From a virus (lineage: Duplodnaviria; Caudoviricetes): a stretch of 53,987 nucleotides of DNA. This document shows positions 37,267 to 47,420 of the stretch, piece by piece. Every line of letters starts with the position of its first letter. Within the stretch, counting starts at the first letter, position 1. The notes beneath the pieces are model-generated. The model searched no databases and was not told the origin of the DNA. It saw only the letters and a list, made by a program, of their open reading frames with translations. The stretch is from IMG/VR virus record IMGVR_UViG_3300043661_000153, positions 1 through 53,987 of that record; one strand, given 5' to 3'. The position numbers and the translations under genes were made by a program.

Positions 37267-37695
37267 GTGAAGCTTTCTGAAATTCGCATCGACGCCGCGG
37301 TCATCGAAGCGGGGGACTGGATCGGCGACCTTCCGTTCCCCGGCCTTGAGGGCGTCCGGCTGCATGTCCGCGGCATCGGCAACTCGAGCTATCGCCGCCT
37401 GCAGTCGAAGCTCTTCCGCGAGGCGAGTGCCAAGCGGGCTGTGACCGACGATGGCGCCAGTGCCGACGATTTCGGCGAGAAGATCACCAACGAGCTGTTG
37501 AGCTCGACCGTCTTGCTCGGCTGGGACGGCATCTTCGAGGAAGACGGCACCACGCCGCTTGCGTTCACGCAAGAGCTGGCGCTGCAACTTCTGTCCGATC
37601 CGGAGTTGTCGACGCTGCGCAATGCGGTGACCTATGCGGCCAATCTTCTGGCCGGCCGGCGCAAGGCGCCTTCGGGGCAAGCAACAAAAAACTGA
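37267..37695 (+). CDS. Tail assembly chaperone (G)
   Basis: GDWIGD..VRGIGNSSYRR..LLGWDGI; ends in a slippery site. Confidence 0.8.
   Translation: MKLSEIRIDAAVIEAGDWIGDLPFPGLEGVRLHVRGIGNSSYRRLQSKLFREASAKRAVTDDGASADDFGEKITNELLSSTVLLGWDGIFEEDGTTPLAFTQELALQLLSDPELSTLRNAVTYAANLLAGRRKAPSGQATKN
37686..37692 (+). other. Programmed -1 frameshift site A AAA AAC
   Basis: XXXYYYZ heptamer before TGA; the -1 frame is open into 37716-38018. Confidence 0.85.
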
Positions 37696-38018
37696 CGGCG
37701 CGGATCAAATGGGATTTGGAATTTGGTCCGCACGCCGAACAATTGATGCAGGCGGCTAAAGACCTCAAGCGGCCGATCCCTGTCGATTGTTTTCCGCCTG
37801 ATGTGCCGGTCGAATTCCAGTTCGCCTATCTCGCCTTTTGCGCACTGAGCGGTGACCGCGAAGCCGGCTTCGGCCAAGGTCCGATCAGGTTCACGGCGAT
37901 TGATGCTTATGCCCGGCGCTATCACGTCGACGATCTCGACGAGTTCGATCAGTTCGCCGCGGACATTCGTCTGATCGACGGCATCTATCTCGACGTCTCG
38001 AAGCCTCCGGATAAGTGA
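37692..38018 (+). CDS. Tail assembly chaperone GT extension (via frameshift)
   Basis: AFCALSGDR..GPIRFTAIDAYA..IRLIDGIYL. Confidence 0.8.
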   Translation: MTARIKWDLEFGPHAEQLMQAAKDLKRPIPVDCFPPDVPVEFQFAYLAFCALSGDREAGFGQGPIRFTAIDAYARRYHVDDLDEFDQFAADIRLIDGIYLDVSKPPDK

Positions 38019-38024
38019 GCATCG

Positions 38025-40679
38025 ATGGCCACGGTCGACACCATCCGCAACATCACGATCCAGGCCTCAACGTCGGGCGTCGATCAGGCCACGGATTCGT
38101 TGAATAAGCTTTCGGACGCGCAGTCTGGCGTTTCTCAGTCCGGCGCCTCGATGGCGACCGTCACCGACACCAGCGCGAGCAAGCAGCTTTCAGCACAGGG
38201 CGCCTACGACAAGCTGCGCACCTCGATCGACAGCCAGTACAAATCGCAACAGCAGCTCGCCAAAGGCGAGAGCGTTCTCACCAACGCGCTCAATCAGGGC
38301 GTCATCACGACCGCGCAATATGCGCAGATGCACGATCTGCTCACCGCGAAATATTCAACGAACACGACCTTGAGCGCGGCGTTCGGCAACGCGATCGGCG
38401 GCGTCAAGAACCAGATGATTGCACTTTCGGCCGGCATGGGGCCGGTCGGGGTGTTCCTGGCCTCGTTCGGGCCGTGGGGCCTTGCGGCGGCGGCCGGAGT
38501 CGGCCTGATCACGGCGGCGCTCGATTACATGGTCGAGGAAGCCAACCGCATGGGCGACGTCGCGGCGCAGCTTCGCAACGTTTCCGAGGCGACGGGGCTT
38601 TCGACCGACAATCTGCAGAAGCTCGACATGGCCGGCGCCGAGGTCGGCATGACGGCGCAGCAAGTCGGTACATCCTTCGAGCGCTTTGAAGTGCAGATGG
38701 GCTCGCTGCGCGACGGAACGGGCACGCTCTACACCGACCTGATGAAGGTCAATCCGGCGCTGGTTTCGCAGATGGCGTCGACCAAGGACGCCGCGACGGC
38801 GTGGAATTTGCTCGCGCAAGCCTATGCGATGGCCGATCAGCAGCAGCAGGCTTTGATCGCGCACGCGGCTGCGGGAGGCCGCAACGGTACGGCCGGCGCG
38901 GGCAATCTGTTGACAGCAACGAACGCCGCCGGCGGCATCCAAGGCCTGCAGACGCCGGCTGACCTGCTCAGCTCCGATCAGGTCACGCAGTTCGCACAGC
39001 TCAAGACGCAGATCGACGCGACCAATCTCTCGGCTAAGAATCTGATCGCGAGCCTTTACGCGTCCGACGTGCTGAGCGCTGAAAAGACCGCCGCAGACGG
39101 CTACCTCGCCATGGCGCAAGGCCTCAAGGCAATCGCGGATCAGCAACAGGGCATGAGCTGGTTCGAAAAGTTCTTGAGCCTGCTGGGACAGGCTGATCTC
39201 AATATGTCTGGCGGCGGCGCTATCGCGGCGCTGGGATCGGCAATCCCGACGCTTTCAGATGCCGCGGCCGGCGGCATGGCCGGCGTCGGCAGCGCGTCCG
39301 GCGTTCCAGGCAGTTCGTCGAGCGCGCCTAACCCGCAGTTCATGGCCGCGCAGTGGAAAGCCTATACGACCGCGCTGGGCGCTGCCGCGACCTTGACGGA
39401 CCAATTCAACGACAAGTGGGCGGCGCTGAGTGCGGCCTTCGACAAGGGCGGCATCTCGGTCGAGACCTACAATCGCGCGCTGGCCGGGCTGCAGCTCGAG
39501 ACGCAGGTCCAGATGGCACAGGCTTATGTCTCTGCGCTCGGCCCGCTGGCCTCGGTGCAAGACCAGGTCAACGCCAAGATGCTCAGCGTGCAGGCGACGG
39601 TGATGAAGGGCATCCCGCTGACCGATACGCAGGTGCAGCAGATCAAGAATCTTACCCAAGCCAACGACGAGTGGTCGCGGGTGCAAGAGATTTCCGCAAC
39701 CGGCGTTGCCGATCTTGGCCTCGCGACGAAAGCCGCAGGCGATCAGCTCCAAGCCTGGATCGATGAGAAGCTTATCGATCCGACGAACACCACGCAGATG
39801 GCGGCGGCGCAAGCCGTTCTTGCGGCCAAGATTACCGCGGTCGGAGCTGCGGCCTACGATGCGACGCCGTCGCTCAAGGCGCTGCACGATGCGCAGTTCA
39901 CGTCGCAGACGCAATTCATGTCGCCATCGGATCAGGCCGCGGCCAATGCCGCCAAGCAGATTGATCCGACCAATTGGATGGCGCATATCAACGATGCCGG
40001 GCCGGCGCTGGCAAGGTTCAACACGCAGTTGAAGCAGGCTGCCGATCTCGGCGGCGACTTTGCCAATTCGTTCGGCCAAGCGATGCTGCAAGGGCAGACC
40101 GCAACGCAGGCGCTCAACACGGCGCTCAATTCTCTCGCGTCGTCGTTGATCTCGATGATCTCGAAGCAGCTCGTGAACCAGGCGCTGGGCGGTTTGATGG
40201 GTACGGTAGGCGGCCTCGGGGGGTCGGCAATTCCTTCAAGTGGCGTCGTCGGCATGACGGTTGCGAGCGCCATGGGCAACGTGTTCTCCAATGGCCGCAT
40301 CATCCACGCCTTCGGCCTTGGCGACATCGTCAGCGACATCGTCACGCGTCCGACCATGTTCCCCATGGCCAATGGCACAGGGCTTATGGGTGAGGCCGGG
40401 CCGGAAGCTGTGATGCCGTTGACGCGGATGTCGGGCGGTCAGCTTGGCGTGCGTGCCGGCGGCGGCAGTGGCGGTGGCGGGGTGAGCGTCGTCAACACCA
40501 TCACGATCCAGAACAACAGCGGCTCGCCGGCGACGCAGACGCAGCAGAAGAATTCTTCGGGAGGCACGGATACCCGCATCACCATCGGGGCGATGATGAA
40601 CGAGCGGGTAGGGTCTGGCGCGCTCGATAAGGTGATGGCGAGCCGGTATGGCGTGAAGCCGGTTACGCAGGTACACTAG
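38025..40679 (+). CDS. Tape measure protein
   Basis: 884 aa Ala/Gln-rich helical; C-terminal PTMFPMANGTGLMGEAGPEAVMPL. Confidence 0.92.
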   Translation: MATVDTIRNITIQASTSGVDQATDSLNKLSDAQSGVSQSGASMATVTDTSASKQLSAQGAYDKLRTSIDSQYKSQQQLAKGESVLTNALNQGVITTAQYAQMHDLLTAKYSTNTTLSAAFGNAIGGVKNQMIALSAGMGPVGVFLASFGPWGLAAAAGVGLITAALDYMVEEANRMGDVAAQLRNVSEATGLSTDNLQKLDMAGAEVGMTAQQVGTSFERFEVQMGSLRDGTGTLYTDLMKVNPALVSQMASTKDAATAWNLLAQAYAMADQQQQALIAHAAAGGRNGTAGAGNLLTATNAAGGIQGLQTPADLLSSDQVTQFAQLKTQIDATNLSAKNLIASLYASDVLSAEKTAADGYLAMAQGLKAIADQQQGMSWFEKFLSLLGQADLNMSGGGAIAALGSAIPTLSDAAAGGMAGVGSASGVPGSSSSAPNPQFMAAQWKAYTTALGAAATLTDQFNDKWAALSAAFDKGGISVETYNRALAGLQLETQVQMAQAYVSALGPLASVQDQVNAKMLSVQATVMKGIPLTDTQVQQIKNLTQANDEWSRVQEISATGVADLGLATKAAGDQLQAWIDEKLIDPTNTTQMAAAQAVLAAKITAVGAAAYDATPSLKALHDAQFTSQTQFMSPSDQAAANAAKQIDPTNWMAHINDAGPALARFNTQLKQAADLGGDFANSFGQAMLQGQTATQALNTALNSLASSLISMISKQLVNQALGGLMGTVGGLGGSAIPSSGVVGMTVASAMGNVFSNGRIIHAFGLGDIVSDIVTRPTMFPMANGTGLMGEAGPEAVMPLTRMSGGQLGVRAGGGSGGGGVSVVNTITIQNNSGSPATQTQQKNSSGGTDTRITIGAMMNERVGSGALDKVMASRYGVKPVTQVH

Positions 40680-40684
40680 CAGCC

Positions 40685-41131
40685 ATGGCGACGCCTGCCT
40701 TTCCGTCGTGGATACCAGCGGCCTCAATGCAGCCTGGCTATGCGGAGCAGCCTGAGGCCAACCAATCGGCGTTCCAGCCTGAGACCGGCGCGCCGATCCT
40801 TCGACGTCGGACGTCGCTGTCTCAGGATCTGGTCACCTTCACCTCGCAACTCACATCTTTGCAGTGGGAAGGTGTCAAATACTTCTACCGGTACACGATC
40901 AAGGACGGCACGCTGCAGTTCACCATGAACCATCCGCGGACGCAGACTGCCGCGACATGGGCATGGGTGCCGGGAAGTCCGCCGAAGGTTAACCAGACTT
41001 ATGGGTTGACGTTCGAGATCGTGTTTACGTTAAGGCTGATTTCTGGTGGTGCGCTCCTTGGGCCTGACTTAGGCGCCCAATCGGGAGTTGCAATCGGCTG
41101 GAGTCCGGGCAATCCTATCGGGATCGAATGA
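40685..41131 (+). CDS. Distal tail protein-like
   Basis: Follows tape measure; GAPILRRR..FYRYTIKDGTLQF..HP. Confidence 0.7.
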   Translation: MATPAFPSWIPAASMQPGYAEQPEANQSAFQPETGAPILRRRTSLSQDLVTFTSQLTSLQWEGVKYFYRYTIKDGTLQFTMNHPRTQTAATWAWVPGSPPKVNQTYGLTFEIVFTLRLISGGALLGPDLGAQSGVAIGWSPGNPIGIE

Positions 41132-43458
41132 CCATGAAGAAATTTGCTCGCTCAGCATTTCTTGCGCTCGCGTGGTTGCTCGCTTCGAGCACAGCGTTTG
41201 CGCAGACGGTTGTTACGATTGATCAGCTCGCTCCCGCCGCTCCGATCACTGGCCTAGAAGCGATTCCTGTTTTTCAGGGGTCAAATCCGGCCGTCAAAAC
41301 GACGCCGGCGGCGCTGGCTCTTTTTTCTCAAGGCGCAGTCGGTAATGGTGGAAATCCTGTCACAGGCAACTACACGATCGCGGCAGGCGACTGCAGCACC
41401 AATCTTCTCGCTGGGACCGGCTCAACGGGTAAGTTCACCCTAACGCTGCCGAGCGTGAGTGGATTTCCGGCCGGCTGCTCGGTCCAGATAAAGAACGGCG
41501 ACAGCACTGCTCCGAAGGCCCTTTCTGGATTTCCTCTCTCTACGTCCAGCACCCTTTGGCCCAAACAATCCATTGGTGTGAAGATCATCAACGGAGCGTG
41601 GCACACTTTTTATAATCCGGGAGCTTATCTCGCGCCAATGGGGGGCTTGCCGCTCTATGCGGCTCCGGCTGCTATCGGCTCCGGTTCGTGCCTCGACAGC
41701 GCAAATGCCTGCACGCTGGCGACGGCGTGTTCATTTGTTACGCAGATTGCTACATTCCTTGGCCAGGCAGGGCCAATCCAACTTGCGGACGGAACTTATA
41801 GCACGGTCGTTGGTGGCGCTCTCTGCACTATCCAAGGTGATGCTGGCGGGAGTTCCTCCCAACTTGTTTCGATTCAAGGCAATGCAGTCACTCCCACGAA
41901 TGTTGTTCTTGCTGTCCCGAATAGTATAATCGGCATTCTCATCCAGGATATGGGGTTGGCGGGGACAAACAATTTAGAATTTACTCTCGGAACAAATTCA
42001 TACGGCATTCAGTGCCGCCAACTTTCGGTGTGCGATTACAACACCGTCTATTGGGGGGCATCGGGGGCCGGCAGTGCGCATGTGGCGGCGTTAGGTAACG
42101 CCGTTGTCAATATGAGTGCCAGCGAAACTATTCTGGCCAATTTTGCAGAACATTGGTCAGTTGATTCCGGCAGTTATCTTACCGCCTCTGGAAATACGGC
42201 GATTCCGTCAGCAGTGACGTGGACCCAATTTATCGCGGCCACGTCCGCAAACGTAAATCTCGGTGCGTGGACTTATTCCGGTAGCGGTGCGTCCGGGTCG
42301 AGCGGATCAACATTCGCGGGAACTGGAAACGGTCGCCTTGTCACGCCCGGCGGGCTCCAATGTAGTGCTGCCGGCACATTTCCAGGCAACGGTACTTGCT
42401 CTTTTAATCAAGGCTATCAGGATAGTTTCGGTGACGGCATAACCGGCGGCGGGATCTTAGTCGGCCAGAATGGGCCGACGATCACCGATCCGATCCTCAC
42501 CGCGCATACCTACGCCGGCCTCCCCGGCTCCCCGACCGCCGGCCAAATCTCCCACATCATCGACGGCCTTGCGACGAACTGCGGTGACACTACTTGCACC
42601 ACGCCGGGCGCGACGGTCACTGGCGGTGGTGGCGCGCTTGATCTTCTCGTCGGCTGGGACGGCGCAGCGTGGCGGATATTCAGAGCGCAATCCGTTCCGG
42701 CGCTGGCAAATCTTTCCGGCACACTTGCCGTAAACAAGGGGGGGACCGGCAACGCCACAGCCGCCGCTCACTCCATCCCGGTCAGCGAAGGAGTGTCCGT
42801 ACAAGCGGCGGTCGGGCCATGCACGACCAGCCAGGTCATCGTCGGCGCCGGAGCGAGTGCCGATCCGGCTTGTGGTGCCGTGCCCGCTGCGGCACTGCCG
42901 AGCGCCGCGCCAGGTCTCGGTAAAGTCACCGCTTGGCGCGGCGGCTATGTCACCGGCCGTTACTACATCGGCGAGGCCACCAATCTCAACTCGACTTTGG
43001 CGATGGCCGCCAACACCGTCTATTTCATTCCCGTTGTGGTGGGCGAGACCCACACCTTCGACCGCATTGCCGTCAACGTGACCGCGACAGGAACGGCGGT
43101 AAATCTGCGGCCAGCGATCTACAACGCCGCCGGCGGCGTACCGACGTCGCTGGTCGCCGATGGCGGCAATATCTCCGCAAGCGGAACCGGGCTCGTTGCC
43201 GCGACCATCAGCCAGGCGCTGGCGCCTGGCATTTATTGGCTCGCGATCGTTGCCGACGGCACCGTGACCATCACGGCGACGTCGAGCACGCAAGGATCTG
43301 CTGCGCAATTCTCCGGGCTGTCGTCGTTTGCCACGCCCGATCTACAATTGAATGCTGCGATGACACTCGGTGCCTATCCGGCCAACGCCTTCACCGGCGC
43401 CATGGGCGCCGTCACCTATAGCGCGAGTAGTCCGCCGGTGCTTGGCCTGAGGGGCTGA
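41128..43458 (+). CDS. Tail-fibre/adhesin-like protein with a Sec signal peptide and 14 Cys
   Basis: MKKFARSAFLALAWLLASSTAFA-Q; IQLADGTY..IQGN beta-helix-like region; GTLAVNKGGTG fibre repeat. Confidence 0.75.
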   Translation: MTMKKFARSAFLALAWLLASSTAFAQTVVTIDQLAPAAPITGLEAIPVFQGSNPAVKTTPAALALFSQGAVGNGGNPVTGNYTIAAGDCSTNLLAGTGSTGKFTLTLPSVSGFPAGCSVQIKNGDSTAPKALSGFPLSTSSTLWPKQSIGVKIINGAWHTFYNPGAYLAPMGGLPLYAAPAAIGSGSCLDSANACTLATACSFVTQIATFLGQAGPIQLADGTYSTVVGGALCTIQGDAGGSSSQLVSIQGNAVTPTNVVLAVPNSIIGILIQDMGLAGTNNLEFTLGTNSYGIQCRQLSVCDYNTVYWGASGAGSAHVAALGNAVVNMSASETILANFAEHWSVDSGSYLTASGNTAIPSAVTWTQFIAATSANVNLGAWTYSGSGASGSSGSTFAGTGNGRLVTPGGLQCSAAGTFPGNGTCSFNQGYQDSFGDGITGGGILVGQNGPTITDPILTAHTYAGLPGSPTAGQISHIIDGLATNCGDTTCTTPGATVTGGGGALDLLVGWDGAAWRIFRAQSVPALANLSGTLAVNKGGTGNATAAAHSIPVSEGVSVQAAVGPCTTSQVIVGAGASADPACGAVPAAALPSAAPGLGKVTAWRGGYVTGRYYIGEATNLNSTLAMAANTVYFIPVVVGETHTFDRIAVNVTATGTAVNLRPAIYNAAGGVPTSLVADGGNISASGTGLVAATISQALAPGIYWLAIVADGTVTITATSSTQGSAAQFSGLSSFATPDLQLNAAMTLGAYPANAFTGAMGAVTYSASSPPVLGLRG

Positions 43459-43482
43459 CGCAAATCGCGAAGAGGCTATCTG

Positions 43483-43989
43483 ATGTCGCGCACAATAGCG
43501 GCAGCCTTCCGCGATGCCATAGAGGCCTCTTTCTCTTCCGAGGTCCTGGTATGGTTTGCGACGGTCACTCATCCCGATCTGGATGTGCCTGTCACCGTCA
43601 ATTCGGATGTGGTGGATTATAATTACAACGGCTCGCTCTATCGGGGCTGCGCGTTCCAGTTCGTTTTCATTGCCGACGATGACCAGCCGCCGCGCGGCCA
43701 GATCGTCATCGAGAATGTCGACGAGCTGATCGGCCAGACGCTGATCGCTCTGACGGACTCGCCGATCCTGCACATGCAGTTGATGGCGAAGTCCGACTTT
43801 GATGAAAACATTCCGCGCAATCCGATCGGGACGCCGACAGTCGAGGTCGACGTTCCTCTGCTCAAGCTCCGCAACGCCAAGGGCGACGTGATGCAGATCA
43901 CCTCGGATGTCTATGGGTACGATCTGACGACGGAGCCTTGGCCTTCGATCCGGTCAACCAAGAGCAGGCTGCCGGGCCTCTATGCGTGA
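43483..43989 (+). CDS. DUF1833-like tail tip protein
   Basis: TVTHPDL..F.FIADDDQPPRGQIVIENVD..EPWP..LPGLY. Confidence 0.75.
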   Translation: MSRTIAAAFRDAIEASFSSEVLVWFATVTHPDLDVPVTVNSDVVDYNYNGSLYRGCAFQFVFIADDDQPPRGQIVIENVDELIGQTLIALTDSPILHMQLMAKSDFDENIPRNPIGTPTVEVDVPLLKLRNAKGDVMQITSDVYGYDLTTEPWPSIRSTKSRLPGLYA

Positions 43990-43998
43990 GGATTGAAG

Positions 43999-44211
43999 AT
44001 GCACACGTTCAAAATTCACGCGCCGATGAATCCGAGGGCCACGACCGTCGAGGTCGACGGCAAGCCTTTGGAGGGAGTCACGCGGATCGAGTTCTCGATC
44101 GCCGCCGAGAAGGTGACTGAAATCAAGTTAACCATCTTGGGCTGCATCGAAGTGGCTGGCGAACTGAGCGAAGCGGAAATCATCCACGTCGAACGACCCG
44201 AGCCAAAGTGA
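43999..44211 (+). CDS. Small hypothetical protein
   Basis: GAGGA RBS, coupled to the next gene. Confidence 0.6.
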   Translation: MHTFKIHAPMNPRATTVEVDGKPLEGVTRIEFSIAAEKVTEIKLTILGCIEVAGELSEAEIIHVERPEPK

Positions 44212-44642
44212 AAGAGAACTGGCCGGCGCGCTATGTCGGCATTCCGTTTGCCGATAATGGCCATGGCTTCGACGGCTGCAATTGCTGGGGCCTTGTGCAC
44301 CTGGTGCTCGATACCGAGTGCGGCGTGGTTACGCCGTCCTACGGTGAAATCTCTGCATCTGAATTGCTCGCATCCGCGAAGGCGATGAAAGAAGGCCGCA
44401 AGGATAACACTTGGGTTTCGGTCATGTGCAGCGCGCTCACGTCATTCGACGGCGTGATGATGCGATCGATGACCGACAGCGGATCGCGTGTCGAAAACCA
44501 CGTCGGCATCATCGCGCCGACGTCGGAAGGCCTTCGCGTGCTGCATGTGTGGAAAGCGACCGCAGCTTGCCTGATGCCGCTCGATCATCCGCGCATCAAG
44601 CATCGCATCGTCGGCTTCTATCGGCATCGGGAGCTTGCGTGA
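44208..44642 (+). CDS. NlpC/P60 tail tip protein
   Basis: YVGIPF..GCNCWGLV..HVGI..LH. Confidence 0.88.
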   Translation: MKENWPARYVGIPFADNGHGFDGCNCWGLVHLVLDTECGVVTPSYGEISASELLASAKAMKEGRKDNTWVSVMCSALTSFDGVMMRSMTDSGSRVENHVGIIAPTSEGLRVLHVWKATAACLMPLDHPRIKHRIVGFYRHRELA

Positions 44643-44645
44643 CAC

Positions 44646-47420
44646 ATGAACGCTCCCGCTCGATCGCCCACGCTGCCGGTCGTCTGGCGGCAGCGTCCCT
44701 TCGTCGGGGATTTGAAATGCCGCATCCTCGATGTCGGCGTGCATATTCCGACCATCGCGGGGATCATCGCCGGGATTCCTGAGAACGAATTGCCGCGCGG
44801 CTTCGCCGAACTTGGCGAGGTCAGGATCAACGGCGAGGTCGTCCCGCGCGGGCTGTGGCATCTGGTGCGGCCAAAGTATCGGCCGGATCATGAGACCGTC
44901 GTCACGCTGCATGTGCCGCTCGGAGGGCCAAGCGGAGGCTCATCGTCGGGCAGCAGCGGCAAAAGCTCGCTGGCGCTGGTCGCCTCGATCGCGGTGCTTC
45001 TGGTCGCCGCGGCCGTTTCCGGCGGTGCGCTGGGTGTCCTCACCGGCGGCTTGCTTGCCGCAGGCACGGCAGCGGCCTCGATCGCCGGCGCCGCGATCGG
45101 CATCGGCGGCGCTCTTGCAATCGCCGCCCTGACGCCGCGGCCGTCGCTGGCCGCTACGCCATTGACGGCGGGGAGTACGTCAACGCCGGCCGGCCCGGGC
45201 GCCACGGCCGCGGCATCGCTCACCGGCAACATCCTGCAGCCCGGCACGTCGGTCCCGCGCGTCATCGGCACCATGCAATTGTTTCCGCCGCTGGCGTGCA
45301 ATCCGCTGATCGAGGTCGTCGGCGACGTCGAGTATGGTGAGGCGGTCTTTGTGCTCGCCGGGCCACATGCACTGTCGGGCTCGCAGGTCGGCGGCACATC
45401 CACCGATGGCATTGCCGAGCTGGTCGAGCAGCTCGTCGAGGGCAAGCCGGGAGATGCCATCCAGACGCTGGTGCAGCGCTACAGCTTCACCACGGACGTC
45501 AACGCGGTGATGAGCGCACACACGCTCGATCCGACGGTCACCTACAATCTCTTGGACCAGGGCAATCCCGGCGCCGACGTGCCGCAGCCGGTGCCGTGCG
45601 TTGGGCGAGACGGCCCCGACGAGATCTGGATCAATCTCGCGTGGACGACAGGGCTTTTCTCGGACGCGGCTGCGTTGACACTCAATCAAGCGGTGCGCGT
45701 GCAGATCAGGCAGCGCGGCACGTCGAACTGGATCAATCTTCCCGAAGTTCATTTCTCGATGAACATCACGGACCCTTTCCAAAAGGTGATCCGCATCAAG
45801 TGGGGAACAAAGCCGGTCGGCGTGCTCGTGCCGCCTACCAACCAGGGCCCGGTCTACGCGTTCAAGCATGTGCCCGGCCAGGATGGCGTGACGGCGCTTC
45901 CTGCGACGGCAGGCTGGACCGCCGATGCGTCGTTCTCCGCAGGCAGCGGCGGCGATCTGCTCTATGCCGGCAACATCCTCGCCGGCAGCAACGTGCTCAA
46001 CACGGAGCTCTATGCCGACAAGGTGATCTTCTATCTCGATCCGGTGGCTTTCCCGCAGGATTATTATGAGCTGCAGGTCACGGCATCGTCGGCTTACAAC
46101 AGCGCAAGCTTTAACGCTTCCGCCTATACCTATCCGACCACGGTGGTGGATTTCTTCAACTACTACGACCAGGGCGGCGGTGTCTTTCGCATCCCCGAAG
46201 ACCCGCAGCATTATCACGACACAGTGCAGCTCACGCGGCTGTCGTCGGTCTGGAATCAAAACCCGATCCAGTCCAACGACTTTGCGACCATGTCGATCAA
46301 GGTGCACTCGCGCGCGCTCGATCAATATTCGATCATGGCGGCCGGCTACACCTACGACTGGGACGGCAGCGGCTGGAACACGTTCACGACGACGTCCAAT
46401 CCCGCACCTCACGCGCGCGACGTGCTGACGGGCTCGCTCAGTTCAAAGCCGGTCCCGGTCTCGCTGATCAACGATAGCGAATTCGTCGCATGGCGCACGG
46501 ACGCGATCTCGCGAGGGCTCACAGTCAACAGCGTCGTCGAAGGCAAGCAGATCATGGACGTCCTCAACATGATCACCGGCTGCACCCGCGCCGCGATCCG
46601 CCACAACGAAAAGTGGGGCGTCTTCCTTGATCGCGATCGCTCGGCTGATACGCCGGTTCAAATCTTCTCGCCGCGCAACATGGCGAACTTTGCCTGGACC
46701 CGCGCCTATGCGGATAACCCTTCTGGCATCCTCGCTAACTATGTGGATGCCGACAACGATTATGACACATCGGCCGAGGATATCGTCTATGCCGATGACG
46801 CAGTCCAGGATGCCGATCTCCTATCGCAGCAAACCTACGATGGGCTGGTTCACCTGGCTGATATCGAAGCGCAGGCGGTCTTCGATCTCAAGCAACTAAA
46901 ATATCGCTTCACATTCTACACGTTTGACTGTGGCGCGGATGCTCTTGTTGCCCAGCGAGGCGATCTGGTCGGCGTGCAACACGATATCATCACGCGGCGC
47001 TCCGGCGCGTCACGCGTTGTCTCTGTGATCGAAGATGGTTCCGGAAACATCACCGGCCTGACGCTGGACGGCACAGTGCCGGTCTTCACGTCGGCCGGCA
47101 TTCAGTCGCTGGCGAGCGTCGCGACGGCGGCGAGCATTCAGGCGCTCGGCGAAAAGACCGGCATCGCCATCCGGCTCAAGCAAGGCGCCGGAATCCTGGT
47201 CAAGCAGATCACAGCCGCGGTCAATGACGACGTGCTGAGTGTGACCTTCGCTACGCCGTTCCCTGATCCCGGAAATCTCTCGACCGATTGCCTCGTTACC
47301 GTCGGACCGCTCGGCTCCGAATATAAGCGCCTCATCGTCTACGGGGTGCAGCCGAAGGCCGAGCTGCAGGCGACCGTGACCTGCGTTGATGAAGCGCCGC
47401 AGCTTTGGGAAACGCCATGA
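44646..47420 (+). CDS. Central tail / host specificity protein (TipJ-like)
   Basis: VPRVIG..PPLA, TSNPA, IFSPRN, RGDLVGVQHD, VDEAPQL. Confidence 0.85.
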   Translation: MNAPARSPTLPVVWRQRPFVGDLKCRILDVGVHIPTIAGIIAGIPENELPRGFAELGEVRINGEVVPRGLWHLVRPKYRPDHETVVTLHVPLGGPSGGSSSGSSGKSSLALVASIAVLLVAAAVSGGALGVLTGGLLAAGTAAASIAGAAIGIGGALAIAALTPRPSLAATPLTAGSTSTPAGPGATAAASLTGNILQPGTSVPRVIGTMQLFPPLACNPLIEVVGDVEYGEAVFVLAGPHALSGSQVGGTSTDGIAELVEQLVEGKPGDAIQTLVQRYSFTTDVNAVMSAHTLDPTVTYNLLDQGNPGADVPQPVPCVGRDGPDEIWINLAWTTGLFSDAAALTLNQAVRVQIRQRGTSNWINLPEVHFSMNITDPFQKVIRIKWGTKPVGVLVPPTNQGPVYAFKHVPGQDGVTALPATAGWTADASFSAGSGGDLLYAGNILAGSNVLNTELYADKVIFYLDPVAFPQDYYELQVTASSAYNSASFNASAYTYPTTVVDFFNYYDQGGGVFRIPEDPQHYHDTVQLTRLSSVWNQNPIQSNDFATMSIKVHSRALDQYSIMAAGYTYDWDGSGWNTFTTTSNPAPHARDVLTGSLSSKPVPVSLINDSEFVAWRTDAISRGLTVNSVVEGKQIMDVLNMITGCTRAAIRHNEKWGVFLDRDRSADTPVQIFSPRNMANFAWTRAYADNPSGILANYVDADNDYDTSAEDIVYADDAVQDADLLSQQTYDGLVHLADIEAQAVFDLKQLKYRFTFYTFDCGADALVAQRGDLVGVQHDIITRRSGASRVVSVIEDGSGNITGLTLDGTVPVFTSAGIQSLASVATAASIQALGEKTGIAIRLKQGAGILVKQITAAVNDDVLSVTFATPFPDPGNLSTDCLVTVGPLGSEYKRLIVYGVQPKAELQATVTCVDEAPQLWETP

